Positions 33,468 to 47,074 of a stretch of 64,000 nt of DNA are shown here, one piece after another. Source of the DNA: the human T2T-CHM13v2.0 reference genome, Homo sapiens. The notes beneath the pieces are model-generated. The model was not told the DNA's origin and ran no database searches. It saw nothing but the letters and a program-made list of their open reading frames with translations. How positions within the stretch are numbered: the stretch's first letter is position 1; each line of letters begins with the position of its first letter. A program made the position numbers and the translations under genes. The stretch lies in assembly GCF_009914755.1 (NCBI RefSeq), contig NC_060933.1; one strand, given 5' to 3'.

Positions 33468-36400
33468 TTACAACTGAAATGTGTAACTTAACAAAAACAA
33501 TTTAAAATCTACTCAGAAAAATTTTGACTGCCTTCATGTTGATAACTATAGTAACATTTGGTATCCAGGAATTATTTCTTTTTTAAACAGGTGATCTTTG
33601 ACTACCCAGAAAGCAGAACTATGAAAGAAGAGAAATCTCAGGAAGTAACTTCAAGCTCTGCCCAATAAAAACATTCACTGACTTTCTCTAAAGGTCTTTT
33701 TCCTTCTCTGTGGAGGTGATTTTGAAATTTCATTCAAATCCCTAACAGCTCCTATCAAATTATATTAGAATTGTGACCTTATAAGATGCCTACAGACAAT
33801 TATAATTAATCTTAGTTTGTAGAATGGATTAATGAATACATTTTGTAGCTCTTTGCATAGATTACACATATGTCCATTACTCAGTAGTGAGAATCTAAAA
33901 CTAATTCCTGGAAAATCTACAAAGGAACCCAATGGTTAGGAGTGATAAGAAACTTCTGACATGGTCCTTTGATAATCAGTCATAAAAATAGGCTGTGACC
34001 GCTACCATTATCACTAAGGAGGTAATGTGTCTAACGACAGTGAGGAGGATAATATACTATTTATTGACTCTTTTCCCTGAAGTGTTAAAGGGTTTTTTTT
34101 GGTTGGTTTTTTAATGTTTGGTCATTTTATGATACAACACACAAAGAAACTGTAAGTCTAATGACAGAAATTAAAAGACTTGAAACTTCTGGAAATTCAA
34201 AGGTCCCTTCTTTTGTGGCCCTGGACAAAGCTTGTTTGTATGCCTTCTTTCTAAAGGCCACATATATGACACTCTTTCAGGTAAAATCTACTACGAGAAA
34301 ATAAAGGGAGGGAAAGGCACTTGCCTGTCCTCAGTCACCTCCTGGCCCTGTTCTCCCAAACTGTTATCTCCTTGATAAGCAGTGGTGCTCTCAGGTGCTT
34401 TCATATTCTCAATGCTCCAGCAGGAGTGATGACTGAGAGGCCCCCAGGCACCTCGAACCAATGCTGTCACTTCTAGTCACTGCTAGGCCCAGCTAATGCC
34501 ATGCCTGTCATGACAAGCACCAGCCACCTAAAGGCACCACACCTCTGCCTCGACAAAACATACCTCTGAAAAAAGTATGAGCCACAGAGGGAACCTGTTT
34601 CAGGGGTTGCCAAGGGAAGCCAAACTTGTCTATAAACAGCAGAGGCACAGTGAAAGAGAACCCAAAGCCACAGATACAAGAGGACTGTTAGCCTGGAGTG
34701 CAAATAATTGTTCTACTTCCTGTGCATAGATTGTTTGGGAGGGGAGGGGGAAAAGGACATACGAAGATACGGTTTGACCAGGCTAAACTGGGTTTAGTTG
34801 TCAGCCTAAACCTGCCATCTGGTGTTAAGATATAGCAGATCACACCCCAGATGTGTTCCTTCAAACAAATCACATCTTTTTTCTTACCCCTCTTTTTTTT
34901 TTTCTTTCTGTAAAGAGAGAGGTGCCTGCCAAAGATACGAATCAGTGGAAGTTTACTTTATACTAAAAATTCTCGTTAATTTACTCAGCCGAATGAGGAG
35001 GTATGTCATTTATGCACTCACAGCCCAAATGCAACCACTTTTCAAAGATGGTACCTAGAGATGCTGAGCTGAAAATCATTTATTTTCTACTCATCAACCG
35101 TCAAAGTTGGGGCTATCCTTAGTCACCCAAAAGCCATTTCATCTGAAAATCAAAATTTATTTCAGTACAGTAGAGTTCTGAAATCCCTATTCTCCTCTTT
35201 ATTTTTGTCTCAATATCTCATTCCACAATTGGGGTGGGGAAGGGTTATGCAGTGCTATCATTTGCACCTCATTACACTTGGGCTGGAGCTTTGAGAAAGC
35301 TGATATTCCCTCTAAATTTTTACAGATGCTTCTAGTTTACCAGTTCATGACTGCACTACTAGAAAAGACTTCCTGCCTCTAAACTGCTTGCTGGCATGTA
35401 TGCTGAATTTCAAAATCCCTGAAAAAAGTAAACCTTTGTGGTGTTCTCTTAACTTTCTTCCTGGGGAGGAGGAGGAGGGGAGGGTCACCCAAACCAAGCA
35501 AAATCTTTTTCTCCTATGGAGTGAGACTAAAGCTCAGAAACATTCCCTCCTAACTACTGGCTCTTCATTTTGATTTGGAAATCACTTCACAAAAATGTTC
35601 ATTAACTGAACGTTATTTGTGGAAGGTGTTTTTCATTAGAAATTATGATTGTGACATGTTCATTAAATTGTGAAAATAGTTCAACCACAGACAGTCTTTC
35701 ACCTGAGCATAACTGTATTTTTTTTTTTGCATGTGTCATTTGAAAAACACTTTGGACAGAGAGAAGGGACACTTTCTAAACTAGCAAACCCCTTTGTTTA
35801 ATGGTTCCAGGGTTTTTCAAAGTTCAGGGCAGGTGACACTGGTCTGTTCCTAATCTTTACTGTGTTAGCAATGTTAAGGCTGATGACGAGGGACACAAAT
35901 CCCCTGATGGAACTGAATGCATTCCAAGCTCCCCGACCCACTCAAAGCCATAATCCCCTGCAGCTGGATCTTACTTACCACCATGCACAGCTAATACATT
36001 TTTTAAAAGCTAGTCACTGGTGACAAATGTAAACTGGACACAACAGCCCCCCTTTCTCCTTACTTCACTCCCCCCCGCTCAATCTTCCCCCATAACCCAG
36101 AGACTTGCTGTTTCTGTGATGGATAGGACCTGCCTTTTAGAACCACCAAGCCTGTGCCATATAGCTCTGCTCTAAGTAACTAGAAGGTTTTAAAAGCATC
36201 TTCAGCTGTCAGACTGTAACAAAAACAACAAAAAAGTCATCCTTAACACAAACATTTCACAACTGAGAAAACCCTCTAAGTTGCGATTATCACTGCCATA
36301 CGGAGGTCCACTATTTATTTAGCTCTCACATGCAGGAAAACTGTCTGGCACTCTTGCTGCTTGATTAAATTAAGCTGCTTGCCATATTCTTGGGTATAAT

Positions 36401-36660
36401 AAATGCAAAAGAAAATTTTAAACTTGAGATTCTTTTCTATCTTTTGGACTCTTTTACTTTTTACTTTTGGCAGAAAAATGACTGAAATATAGTAAACAAG
36501 TAGCCCTTTATGGAAGGCAAGCATGTTTTCACCATGGATTTTGATCATCTACTTAGAAAGGGAAACCCCAATAACCCAAGTGGACAATAGCTCTGTGCTG
36601 GATCAAGTCTCCAAATCTAGGGCAACAAACTATGGAAAATAGCCTAAAGACAGATGAAAT

Positions 36661-36703
36661 GATGGATGGATAGATGGATGGATGGATGATCGATGGATGG
36701 ATG
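36661..36703 (+). repeat. (GATG)n microsatellite, imperfect
   Basis: gatggatggatagatggatggatggatgatcgatggatggatg. Confidence 0.92.
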
Positions 36704-38492
36704 AATACACAGAGCTATCTAAATAAGAAAAAAATTTTCTAAATGCTATCAAAATTCCATATAATACAGATGACAGATTTTGATGAAGGGACAAGCTATC
36801 CACTTCACCTGATGCAGAAAAACCAAAGGTTAATGTATGTAACTTTTTTGGTTTATTCCAGTTCCCAGATAACCAGCAATAAGTGCTATGATTTAAGCGA
36901 TGTTACCAATTAGACTTGGAGATAGCTACCACAGCACTGACTATAATGCTTACATTGCATTAGGTTTAATTACTGTAAAGTTACATCTGGAGAGGAAAAC
37001 ATAATTTTATAACCACTCTCAGCATTCTAACTTGTGCTCAGTCTCTGCACGATACATATTTGCCCAAGTAATTGAAGCCCTACAAGGCACCACAGTTAAT
37101 AATGTGTAACTAGGAGAAACACATGGAAAAGCGACAAGCAGGTCTCTGTGAATTAAATTCACATGTAATTATGTGACCTTTCAGTGTTCTTCTAGTCTTC
37201 CTGAGAGCAGGTACTCCAGAGCAGCTGCGACCAGCCTCAGTGGGACCCACTGAACAGGAATTTGACTGAGAGTGGAGGAAAGAGGTATTGTACTGATGGA
37301 GAAAGATGAAGACAATTGCTTGGGTGAGTCCAGCTCTGATTCTCCTACTTGTCACTCATTGTCATATTCCTAGAATCCGGAGAACTCAGTCAACACATGA
37401 GTAATTCGATCAAAAAGGAAAACTATAAACTTTGTTGTTCATGGTGACTTAAGTGCATTGGGTCTCAACCTAAAAATGGGGTGCGTGCAAAGGAGTGGAA
37501 TTTGTGAGTACTGGTGAAAGAACAAGAAAAGGAGATTAAGAGATTCTATGTGCACACGTGTGTAAAAGAGTATCATGGTACATATGGGAAGAAGTGTGAA
37601 ACATGTATAGCTGGCTACATTTTTCAAGACTGAATTACAGTACAGGAATACAAAAACAAAAAAGAAAATGGGCCCCTATAATTTATAAATCTCAGACTCA
37701 TGATTAATGGCAACATGTATTTTGTTTGAATCCATATGATATGCCCATTCATCCAAAAAACATTTATTGAGGCATGTCTGTATTCTTCATAAAGTGATCA
37801 AAGATGGCAGTGCTTTATAGAATTACCTTATATATCCATTATAAACTGAAAGCAGTATTTCTACTACTAACACTAAATGATCTCAGGTCTAAATTTCCAT
37901 GTCTGCAATGATATGTTCACACTATAAAGTCATCCAAAATCCTACACAAAATGTAAAAAGTACCTCAGGAAAAAAATTGACAGACATAACCAGACATCTG
38001 CATGCTACTTAAAATGTGATAAAAATGGAGTAGCTTAATCAAATCTTTTAATACCAAAATATTCTATAACTGTGCCCAAAAAAAAATCACAGGTTCAAAT
38101 AAATTTGTAACTAATCCAGTGAGAAATACTGATTATATTTTATAGAAAAACCACAGCAAACAACACATTATATTTACCTGAACTTCCAGGTATCAATTCA
38201 TAATACTTACAAAACCCTAACTGAAAATGCTTAGTCTTGAGTAAGCATAAACCCTTCCCATGAAATGAATATAAAATTAATACTGTCTCTTTAAGTTACA
38301 GGACCTGCTATAGTTAGGTAGTATGAAGCCAAGAATACGTTCTGAAGCTTAACTCTCAGGAGCAAACATTTTCTACTTGTGAAGTAAACTCTGTTGAAAG
38401 ACAGCAGACTACGGTCCCACCAGTAAAAACAGGAAAGTTTTCAGCCAGTGACAGCTTTGCCTACAGAGAAAAAAAAAGTGTCACAGACTCAC

Positions 38493-38734
38493 TTTATTAA
38501 ACCATATGCTCATTGCCCTGTGAAGAAAGCAGGGTCACTAATTAGTTCATTCTGTGAAAGAAGCCCTTCCTGATCCCGTTGACTTTTGTCCCCCTGGTTA
38601 GCTCCAGCTATTTCTGTCATGCAACTTGAAAATCACTGGAGGGAGGAAGATCGCCATAACAACCGCTGAAATGATCTTGTGGAATGTGTCTAGTGGCACT
38701 GGAATAACCTGAATATGTGCTCCAGATGTGTCGG
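38493..38734 (-). other. Candidate minus-strand exon (3' part of an alternative first exon, or an internal exon) ending ATGAGCATATGGTTTAATAAA|gtgagt
   Basis: Donor AAA|GTGAGT after 38493; acceptors cttttttcctgacag (exon start 38734) and ctgctttcttcacag (exon start 38517). Confidence 0.4.
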
Positions 38735-38764
38735 CTGTCAGGAAAAAAGTAAACACATCTGATG

Positions 38765-39030
38765 GACAGCGTATGACTAGATGGCCCCGAAGCGACTCCA
38801 GAGGCTGGGGCGCGGGGGAGAGGCCGCATGTGTGAGCAGGGGGGCGGCGGGGTGGGCTGGGCAGAGCAGAAGGGAGGCGAGCCAGGAGCCGGCACGAGGC
38901 ACCAGGGGACCTGGGGCCTGGGGCGGCCTGGGAGGACTGAGCGCGACTGTTCCGCCCGCGTCCCTCCCCTGAGTGGCCTCTGCGGGACTGCAGCGGCCTC
39001 TGCGAATTTCCGTCTGGCACGGACTTGTGA
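38765..39030. promoter_or_regulatory. Small non-repeat CpG-rich island; candidate internal promoter/enhancer with GC boxes and a G4 motif
   Basis: I count 22 CpG in 38761-39030 at roughly 70% GC; GGGGCGG boxes near 38841 and 38920; G4 motif 38839-38861. Confidence 0.7.
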
Positions 39031-40131
39031 GCATTAGGGAGCAAACTACAACATGAATGCTGAGGAAGGGTAGAAGAGAGGAGCGGGCTCAAAACGCTTT
39101 CTGTCTTAAATATTAATGGCAACATGTTTTTAAAGCATTCTATCTTCAGGGTAGGGCTGTCTCCTGGCCCCTACTCACCCTTTACCAAATGAATGGTTTT
39201 GCTTTTTTGTTCCATATGCATACTCAAGCACTCTTTTTATTAGGTGACTGGGTGATTACATTCCTGATCCGAATATGTTGTCTTTTTTGATGGTGGTGGT
39301 GTTCCGCAGACTTTCACAAGTTGGACAAGTGGGTTGGTTCCCTAACCCAAAACATTTTTTAAAAATATTTTTCTAATAAAATACATAGAAATGACTAGAA
39401 AACACGATATAGGCCAAAACACATTCTCACCTTAGTTCCTATTCTCAGGGGTGTTTGCAAAGAGGAGGATTTAGATCTATGCCCAGTGCTAACATTCACA
39501 AACAAAACGGCAATTCTACAAACATCTTAACGCACAGTAGGCACTTGTTAAATATTTGCTGATCAAAATATTTTTAATGTACAAAATTCAACTACAAATG
39601 CTACTTGGGTTCTACATATAAACAGTGGCAGGGATTACTTAAAAAAATAAGTAACCAAGCTTAAAAATACTTAAGAAAAATAAATAGGAAGTTTATTTCC
39701 CCAGGGGAACAGAAATGCCCCCCTAAAGAAAATAGAAAACACTATATTCACACTATAGGACACAAACCACCTACTTGTGCATGAATCCACCACATTTTAA
39801 TGCCTATTTCTACTCCAATCATTTGTAGAATGGGCCTTACTTAAGTTTTAGAGACTATGTATAAAAATATTCACTACATTTCTGCTATAAATGCTTATAT
39901 CTGTGAAAAGCCTAGAAGGTCTGTAAAGAAATTTACAATCTATGTGAAAAGCTTTTGAAACAACATATTCCATATTTTCTTTCAAAAACTCCACACAATT
40001 ATATTTCAATAAAATATCTAACGGTTTTCCAACATGGTATAAACAAAAAACAAAACTGCATTGGAGGGCAATTATCTCTATAACATACACAGTTATCAGC
40101 TTGGCTAAGGCAAGGCAGTATTCACCTAGTA

Positions 40132-40469
40132 TAGCTGTCCCTCAGTATCAGGGTGGTACGGAATGGTTGCAGGTCCCTCTGAGGATAGCAAAATCTTCGA
40201 ACGCTCAAATCCCTTAAAAATTGGTGTAGCATTTGCATATAACCTACACACATCCTCTTATACTTGAAATCATCCCTAGATTACTAATACAATGTAAATG
40301 CTACGTAAATATTTGATATACTATACTGTGTAGGCAGTAATGACAAGAAAATATTCTATACTGAAACATCAGCAACGATGTAACATTTTCTGGATTTTTT
40401 CGCATTATTTTTGATCCACGGTTGGTTGAATCTGCGGGCGCAGAAACCATGGATACAGAAGGCCAACTG
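40132..40469 (+). mobile_element. MER2 (TcMar-Tigger MITE), full length
   Basis: tagctgtccctcagtatc...atttgcatataacctacacacatcctc...ggttggttgaatctgcgg...gatacagaaggccaactg flanked by TA. Confidence 0.9.
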
Positions 40470-40663
40470 TATTTTCATTCAAGGTGATTGCCAACTTACA
40501 AATCTTGTTTCCATTTCTAAGTATCTAAGTACATTTTTCTCCTTTGATAAAACTCATTTAGTGACTCAGATTCTGAAAGTAGATCACCAAAGGGAAACAG
40601 AAAAAAGAAAAACATGAAAAATTATTATTTGAGAGCAGGAAATGGAAGAAATCTTCAACTTAC

Positions 40664-40973
40664 TCTTTACTCTGTAATTCACACATTTAACCTGGCAGAG
40701 GAATACCCTAAGGATTCTTGGAGGCTGAAAGACTTAAAATTTGAGGAATGAAAGAATAGCAAGGGTGAATGGCACTGCTTCTGCCTTCTAGAAATTGGAT
40801 TCCACTGGCAGCTGGCTGAATGAAGCCAGTAACAGATTCATGGTCGTGGAAAATGTTTCATCCTCTCAACGAAAACGTCATTATTTCCTCGTAACAGAAA
40901 CTGTACTTCCTGACAAGTTAGACAACCTAAAACAATCAGTGTCAAGGTCCAATATATAAAATCTGTTGGCAAC
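40664..40973 (-). other. Candidate non-coding/poison exon with several alternative acceptors
   Basis: ttatttcttttttgtag acceptor (start 40973), further acceptors at 40926, 40724 and 40691; donor AGA|GTAAGT after 40664. Confidence 0.3.
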
Positions 40974-42552
40974 CTACAAAAAAGAAATAATCTGTGTATT
41001 TGCAATTATTTGCAGAGCCTACTTTATTATTATTCCAGTCTAATCTACCTCCACTCCCAAATTAAAAGACTTCAAAGGGGCTAACAGATTTCCAAATAAA
41101 ATGCCAAACATTTAAGCCAAAATTATCAATGTGCACATTTGCACAATGAAGTGCCAAATGTCTAAAAGATGGATGAGCTTCAATGACCATTTTCATTCAC
41201 CTTGATCTTGGCATTCAACCAATAAGTAAAGAGTTCACGTATATTCAAAGAACTGGAATATATCTGTATTCACTTGTGTGACATTTACTTATTTAAAATT
41301 TCTTAAACAGAACTTGCAGCTAACTTTTATGAGAAAAATGGCAAATAATGCGTTGACTCTCATGTCAAATTCAAAATAATGGTTTTTCAGTGAGAGGTTT
41401 TCTTGTTTGTTTTTTGGGCTTTTTGGGGGTGGTGCAATGTTGGTTATTAACAGCATCACAAGGTTAGAATGAAATTAAACCTGGAGTCAGCATAGGAAGT
41501 ATTCAAGTTCCAAGAGTTATAAGATACCCATATGAACAGATTTGGTGGTTGAACTCGACACACTTCTGTCCTTAATCTACTGTGTGTTTTAAAAACTCAA
41601 TCAAGTGCTCCTGGGTTATGGTTCCTCAAGCCACCAACTTTTCTTAGACAATGTCACACCAATTGCATCAAGCTCCATAGAGACTCTCCCTAATGCTTTT
41701 CTGTTTTACTCCACTGAGCAAATAATGGCAATGGTTATAACATGCACAGGCTATTAGATTTGCACTCCTATCAACCAAGATCTAGGAAACTTTGAAGAGT
41801 TTACCCATAATTTTTTGACCTTATCTACAGGTTTACAGACCAGCCATAACTATGAAGTTAAAGAAAGCCAGAAAAGTTGAATCCTCAAGCAAAACAAAAC
41901 AAAAACTAATAGGACAATCAGCAAGCCAATCTATTAGAATTCCAGCTGGCTATGAGTAAAATACTGCAATGCAGCTTCCTGGATGTAGGATATTTCAACG
42001 GTCCATTTAGTAGGTTTCATTCATGCGCCCTTATTAAAACTACAAGGTAGTCTTCAAAGGAAAAATATGAAACTATTACATGTAGTTAAATACCAGTAGA
42101 AGAGAAAATCTAGAAGGTTCTTTGACGTCATCAGTCATGTGTCATGTTATCAAGGGAAAAGAAGCCATGAAGCACAGAATTCCAGAGAAAACCAGGCAAT
42201 CTGTGAAACAGAACAGAGAACACAATATGTTTTGCCCAGTTTTAGAGGCCTAGAAGAGTTCCTTTCAAGAACATAGCTACAAGACTTGATCTGCTTACTA
42301 TCATGTCATCAGTGTAGGCAATAGATGACATTAATTTCTGAAGACCTCCACCCCACTCGTGTCCTGACTGTAAAACAAGTGAATCAACGAATCCGAACCC
42401 AAGTTCTATAATAAACACAGAATATTCTCTCAAGGGTCTGTGAAATCCTCAAGACAAAACATACAGCACGTTAATTCCCAAAATACATATTTTTCCATAT
42501 AGCATTTAGAGGTAGAAGGAGAACAAAGTGGTAAGAGCTGAACAAAACCTGA

Positions 42553-42873
<321 letters not shown>

Positions 42874-43609
42874 CAAATTCCTTCTTATTACAGTCCAGGA
42901 ATCAGTCTTACAGAAGTAAATCAATTCACCCAATGTTGCGTTTATTTGTATCTGGAGAAGAATTAGAACAAAACCCTCTGGAAAGTGATATGCTTCCTAC
43001 AAATCCACCCTTCTCTTGCCACCACCAATTTCGCTCCCTCCTCCCAAGTGACAACTGACCTATTCATCAGACGATGAATAAGATCTTCTCTTAGAAGCAC
43101 TCTGCCTTCAAAGAGGACCAAGATTAACAAATCCAAAAACACTCTTCTTGACAATTTCAACCTTCTGTCCCTGTAAGCATTTTACCAGGATCGTCAAAAA
43201 GTAAAGACCCACTTTGAGTCTGAACTCCATTCTTTTTCCATTTCCTGGAACAGTTTTCTCAAGCAATGAAATGCCAAGAAGGAAGAGAAAAAAAACTAGC
43301 TTGGGAAGCCAAGAGCTTCGAGGTCATTAGCCTCAGAGCAGTAATGGTTGACTATATTCCTTTATGGTTCCTTTAGCCTTACTTCACTAAGGGCAAAGAG
43401 CAATTTTTTTTTCTCTCTGATGTTTTTCAAGTGTTACTGTCCTTGCAGGCCCATTATGGGGGCCTCACATGCTGGGAATTGCTGGTTATTTGGCCACTTG
43501 CCATAAGGAATTATTACTACTGCACTTAAGACAAATGGTGTCCCTGACTCCAGAAGGAAGACCACTCCAAAGGGAATGACGGGTGGCTAAGCAAGCCCTT
43601 CAAGAAAAT

Positions 43610-44655
43610 CATGTGAACTCAAACCCTGCTTAAAACCTCCTCATTTCATTTAGAGTAGTAACTCTTGGTCCTTAACATGGCCTCCTAGCCCCTTCCTTCC
43701 CTTCAGTCTGATACCAGCTCACCAGCATTACTCTACTAGGTTCTCTCGGAACCAATTACAATGGCCTGTCCACACCTCCAATGTCCCAAGCAAGCTCTCT
43801 CTAATCTCAGGCCTTCAGTCCTTTTGCAATACTCAGCACCCTCTACCTTGCCCTCAGACAACCTAGTTAATTTCTCTGCATCCTTCAGATCTCAGCTCAA
43901 ACAACCCTTCAGAGAAATCTTCTCTGACCCCACAAACTCCAGTTGGTGGTCACTGCTTTGTATTTTTGGATTCTGAGTAATATTCTATCTGAAAAATGAA
44001 GAGTGGTCTCAAAGCTCAAAAAAACTTTGACCATCACTGGCCAGTCAAAAAAAAAAATCCCTTAAGCAAAATAATTCTGATATTTGTAGTATTTAATTTC
44101 TACTCTTAACTATACTAATAAAAAATTCAGTGTTACAGATTTTTGGAAGCAAACCCCAAATCCACTTGTTGGGGTCAATGTTCATTTATTTCAAACACTC
44201 CAAAAACAGATCAATACTTTTGAAAACTGTAGCCACTTAATACTCCTCCTTTCCCTGTGTTGGTAGCAATGACAGACAGTTGCAGAAAAGCAAAAAATGC
44301 ACCAGGCTTAGAGTCAGACTATAAGTCAGACCTTGCTATTACCAGCTGCCTGACCATAGCTAAATCCACTACCTTCTCTATGCCCAGTCACTCTTCTGTA
44401 GAAAGAAGAAAACAATGCTACTTCCTTAGAGTACTCAGGAGACATGCATCTTGAAGCCAATGTTTGCCTTCCACAATTAGCATTTTACATTTTTGCCTGA
44501 TTATCTAATAATACCGGTCTCCTCACCCATTTGTGAACTCCCTACAAGTAAGTGATTTTTAGTCTTTTTTCTCTATCACTGAATCCCCAGAGTCTAGTAT
44601 AATGTCTGTCCTATATATAGTAAGCACTCAACAAAGAGTTTTTAAATAAATGGAT
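43610..44655 (+). mobile_element. Fragmented L2 (with MIR about 44270-44450 inside)
   Basis: ccttcagatctcagctcaaac...ttctctgaccc and 3' end tcactgaatccccagagtctag...gtaagcactcaacaaa. Confidence 0.65.
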
Positions 44656-45251
44656 TAAGAGATAGTGCAGTATGAAAACAGATTCCCCCATCTCCGCATA
44701 TTAGTTTTGCTTTTTTTTTTAAGTGAGATGTTAATAATTCTACAAAGGGTAATACATCTTCAGCAGTCTCCCCTGTGTATGACTAGTTACTATTCTTTCA
44801 TAGAATTCAGTGTTCACTGGGATCCAGTCGGTCATGGATATCCACGGGTACTTAAGAAAAGTCTAGTCAGCGAGTTTCATTCACTTATAGTGGCTTCATT
44901 CCTCTAGTATCACAAATTGTTCAAAAGAAGAACTGAGTTACAGAGTGTTGTGCAAATATCAACACTGTCCTTCCACACAAATAGAGAAACAATTCATACA
45001 GATGAGATGTTAAGAACAGCAACTTCATATAATAGCAAACATTATTCGTCTTTTCTGCATGTCAAAATAGTTTAATACTTTAACAACTGATTGATCTTCA
45101 ATCAATAGCATTGATTTTTCTTTGTTAAGTATGTTTATAATCATTTTACATGTAGTAAACTCATCTAATTCTCACCACTACAACCCCATGAGTTAGGTAC
45201 CATTATTATCCTTATTTGATAGAGAAGGAAACCTCACTGCATTTGTGGTTA

Positions 45252-45567
<316 letters not shown>

Positions 45568-47074
45568 ATCGTGTACTTAATATCTATCTAGCAGAAAACT
45601 ATTGTGTGCAAGGCACAGTTCTGGTATCCTATTTTAAATATGAGGTTTAACTCTCTTGCCAAGAAAAACAGATTTAAGTTAAAGAGGTTTTAGAAGAATT
45701 GGCGTCTAAAGTTGAATTGTTTTTTCCCAGACTTACCAGTTTGAGACTTGCTCTAATAGGATAAATCTTTCAACTGCAGGGAGTCTTCAGTAAAACACAG
45801 CACCCATCCCACCTAGTTAAGAATCCTGGCACTAGAAATCTATTTCACCCCACTCAGCAGGCTGCAGTACATAATTATTTTCATCTGGTTATAACACGAG
45901 GTAGTGAGTTTAATCTCTAAAGGCCTACAGGGATTGATTTTAGCAGTTTTAGAAATTGCCTCTCACGCTATGAATGTGCCTCACAGCAAGACGGTCCTGC
46001 TAATGGTTCCCAGATTAGGATTTGGGAAGACCAACGGCATGGCTTCCTCCTCTTCATAATTTCCTTTCCTTTGTGGGCCAAGTCTATGGTCATTCAAGGT
46101 AATTCTCATGGCGCTGCTTTCAAAAACAATTTGTTCTGATTTAAATGAAGAATCAGAGGTCGTTTTTTTAGGGTATAATCAATTATTACTATAGCTGGAG
46201 TCAAACGAATGCATATATAAAGTAGACCATCAGAAACATATTCTTAGAAACATAAAGGGGTATATGAAAATTAAATAGAATCCCAAACAATAATATGGCC
46301 ATGAATGTGAAGAAACCTCTAGTTTGTCTTGATTTTTAAAACTTTGGCCCAGCTCTTCCTTTCAGGAGAAAAAAAAAAAAAAGAATCCTAGAAAACCAGT
46401 TCAAGAATATATTTAATGTCTCCTTGATTCTTATTAAGTTTGATCCTACTCAACCAACTCTCATTTGTCCCAGGTTCTAAGTGAACCCTCCTCACCACAG
46501 AAAGTCATCAGAAATGAAGAGGACATTCTGCTAATCACGAATTTTAAAGTGAAATTGCTACAAAGACTGGGACTAAGAAATCCCATAAAGTAAAAATTAT
46601 CTAATAATACTTTTTTTTTCAGTTTTTGGTAGAAGAACCAACCTCAAAAAAATAAAAAAGAAAGAAAAATATATAGGCAAATTAAACTTCCTGCTTATAA
46701 AAGATTCAGAAAAGGCCCTTGGGCTGTCCACAGCATTGAGTGATAGCAGGCCACTTATATTAACAGTGACAACTACATGTCTAAAAGGTATTCAACTTAC
46801 ACACCTGGTTCAACATATGTTACAATATTTTGGCTCTGCCAAAAAAAAAATTTACCACATCATAAATTCTCTCCCCACTGTCCTGGTATCTCAGGTGGGG
46901 GACTACATAGGTAAGTTCTAAGAGTCAAATTTTTATAAGCATAGAGAAGTAACAAAACACTTTCAAAATGCTATCTTTTCATGTTTTTGAACCCAAAAAA
47001 TGGACCCACAACAAAGATCTCAGTAATATAAACCTGAAACACTATGAAACATAATCTTAGAAAACCATAATTCT

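Noticed and set aside
38598-39125. 175-aa and overlapping ORFs across the CpG-rich segment
   Set aside because: Stop-codon scarcity in GC-rich DNA gives P/A/R/G/S-rich ORFs in several frames; no recognisable protein.
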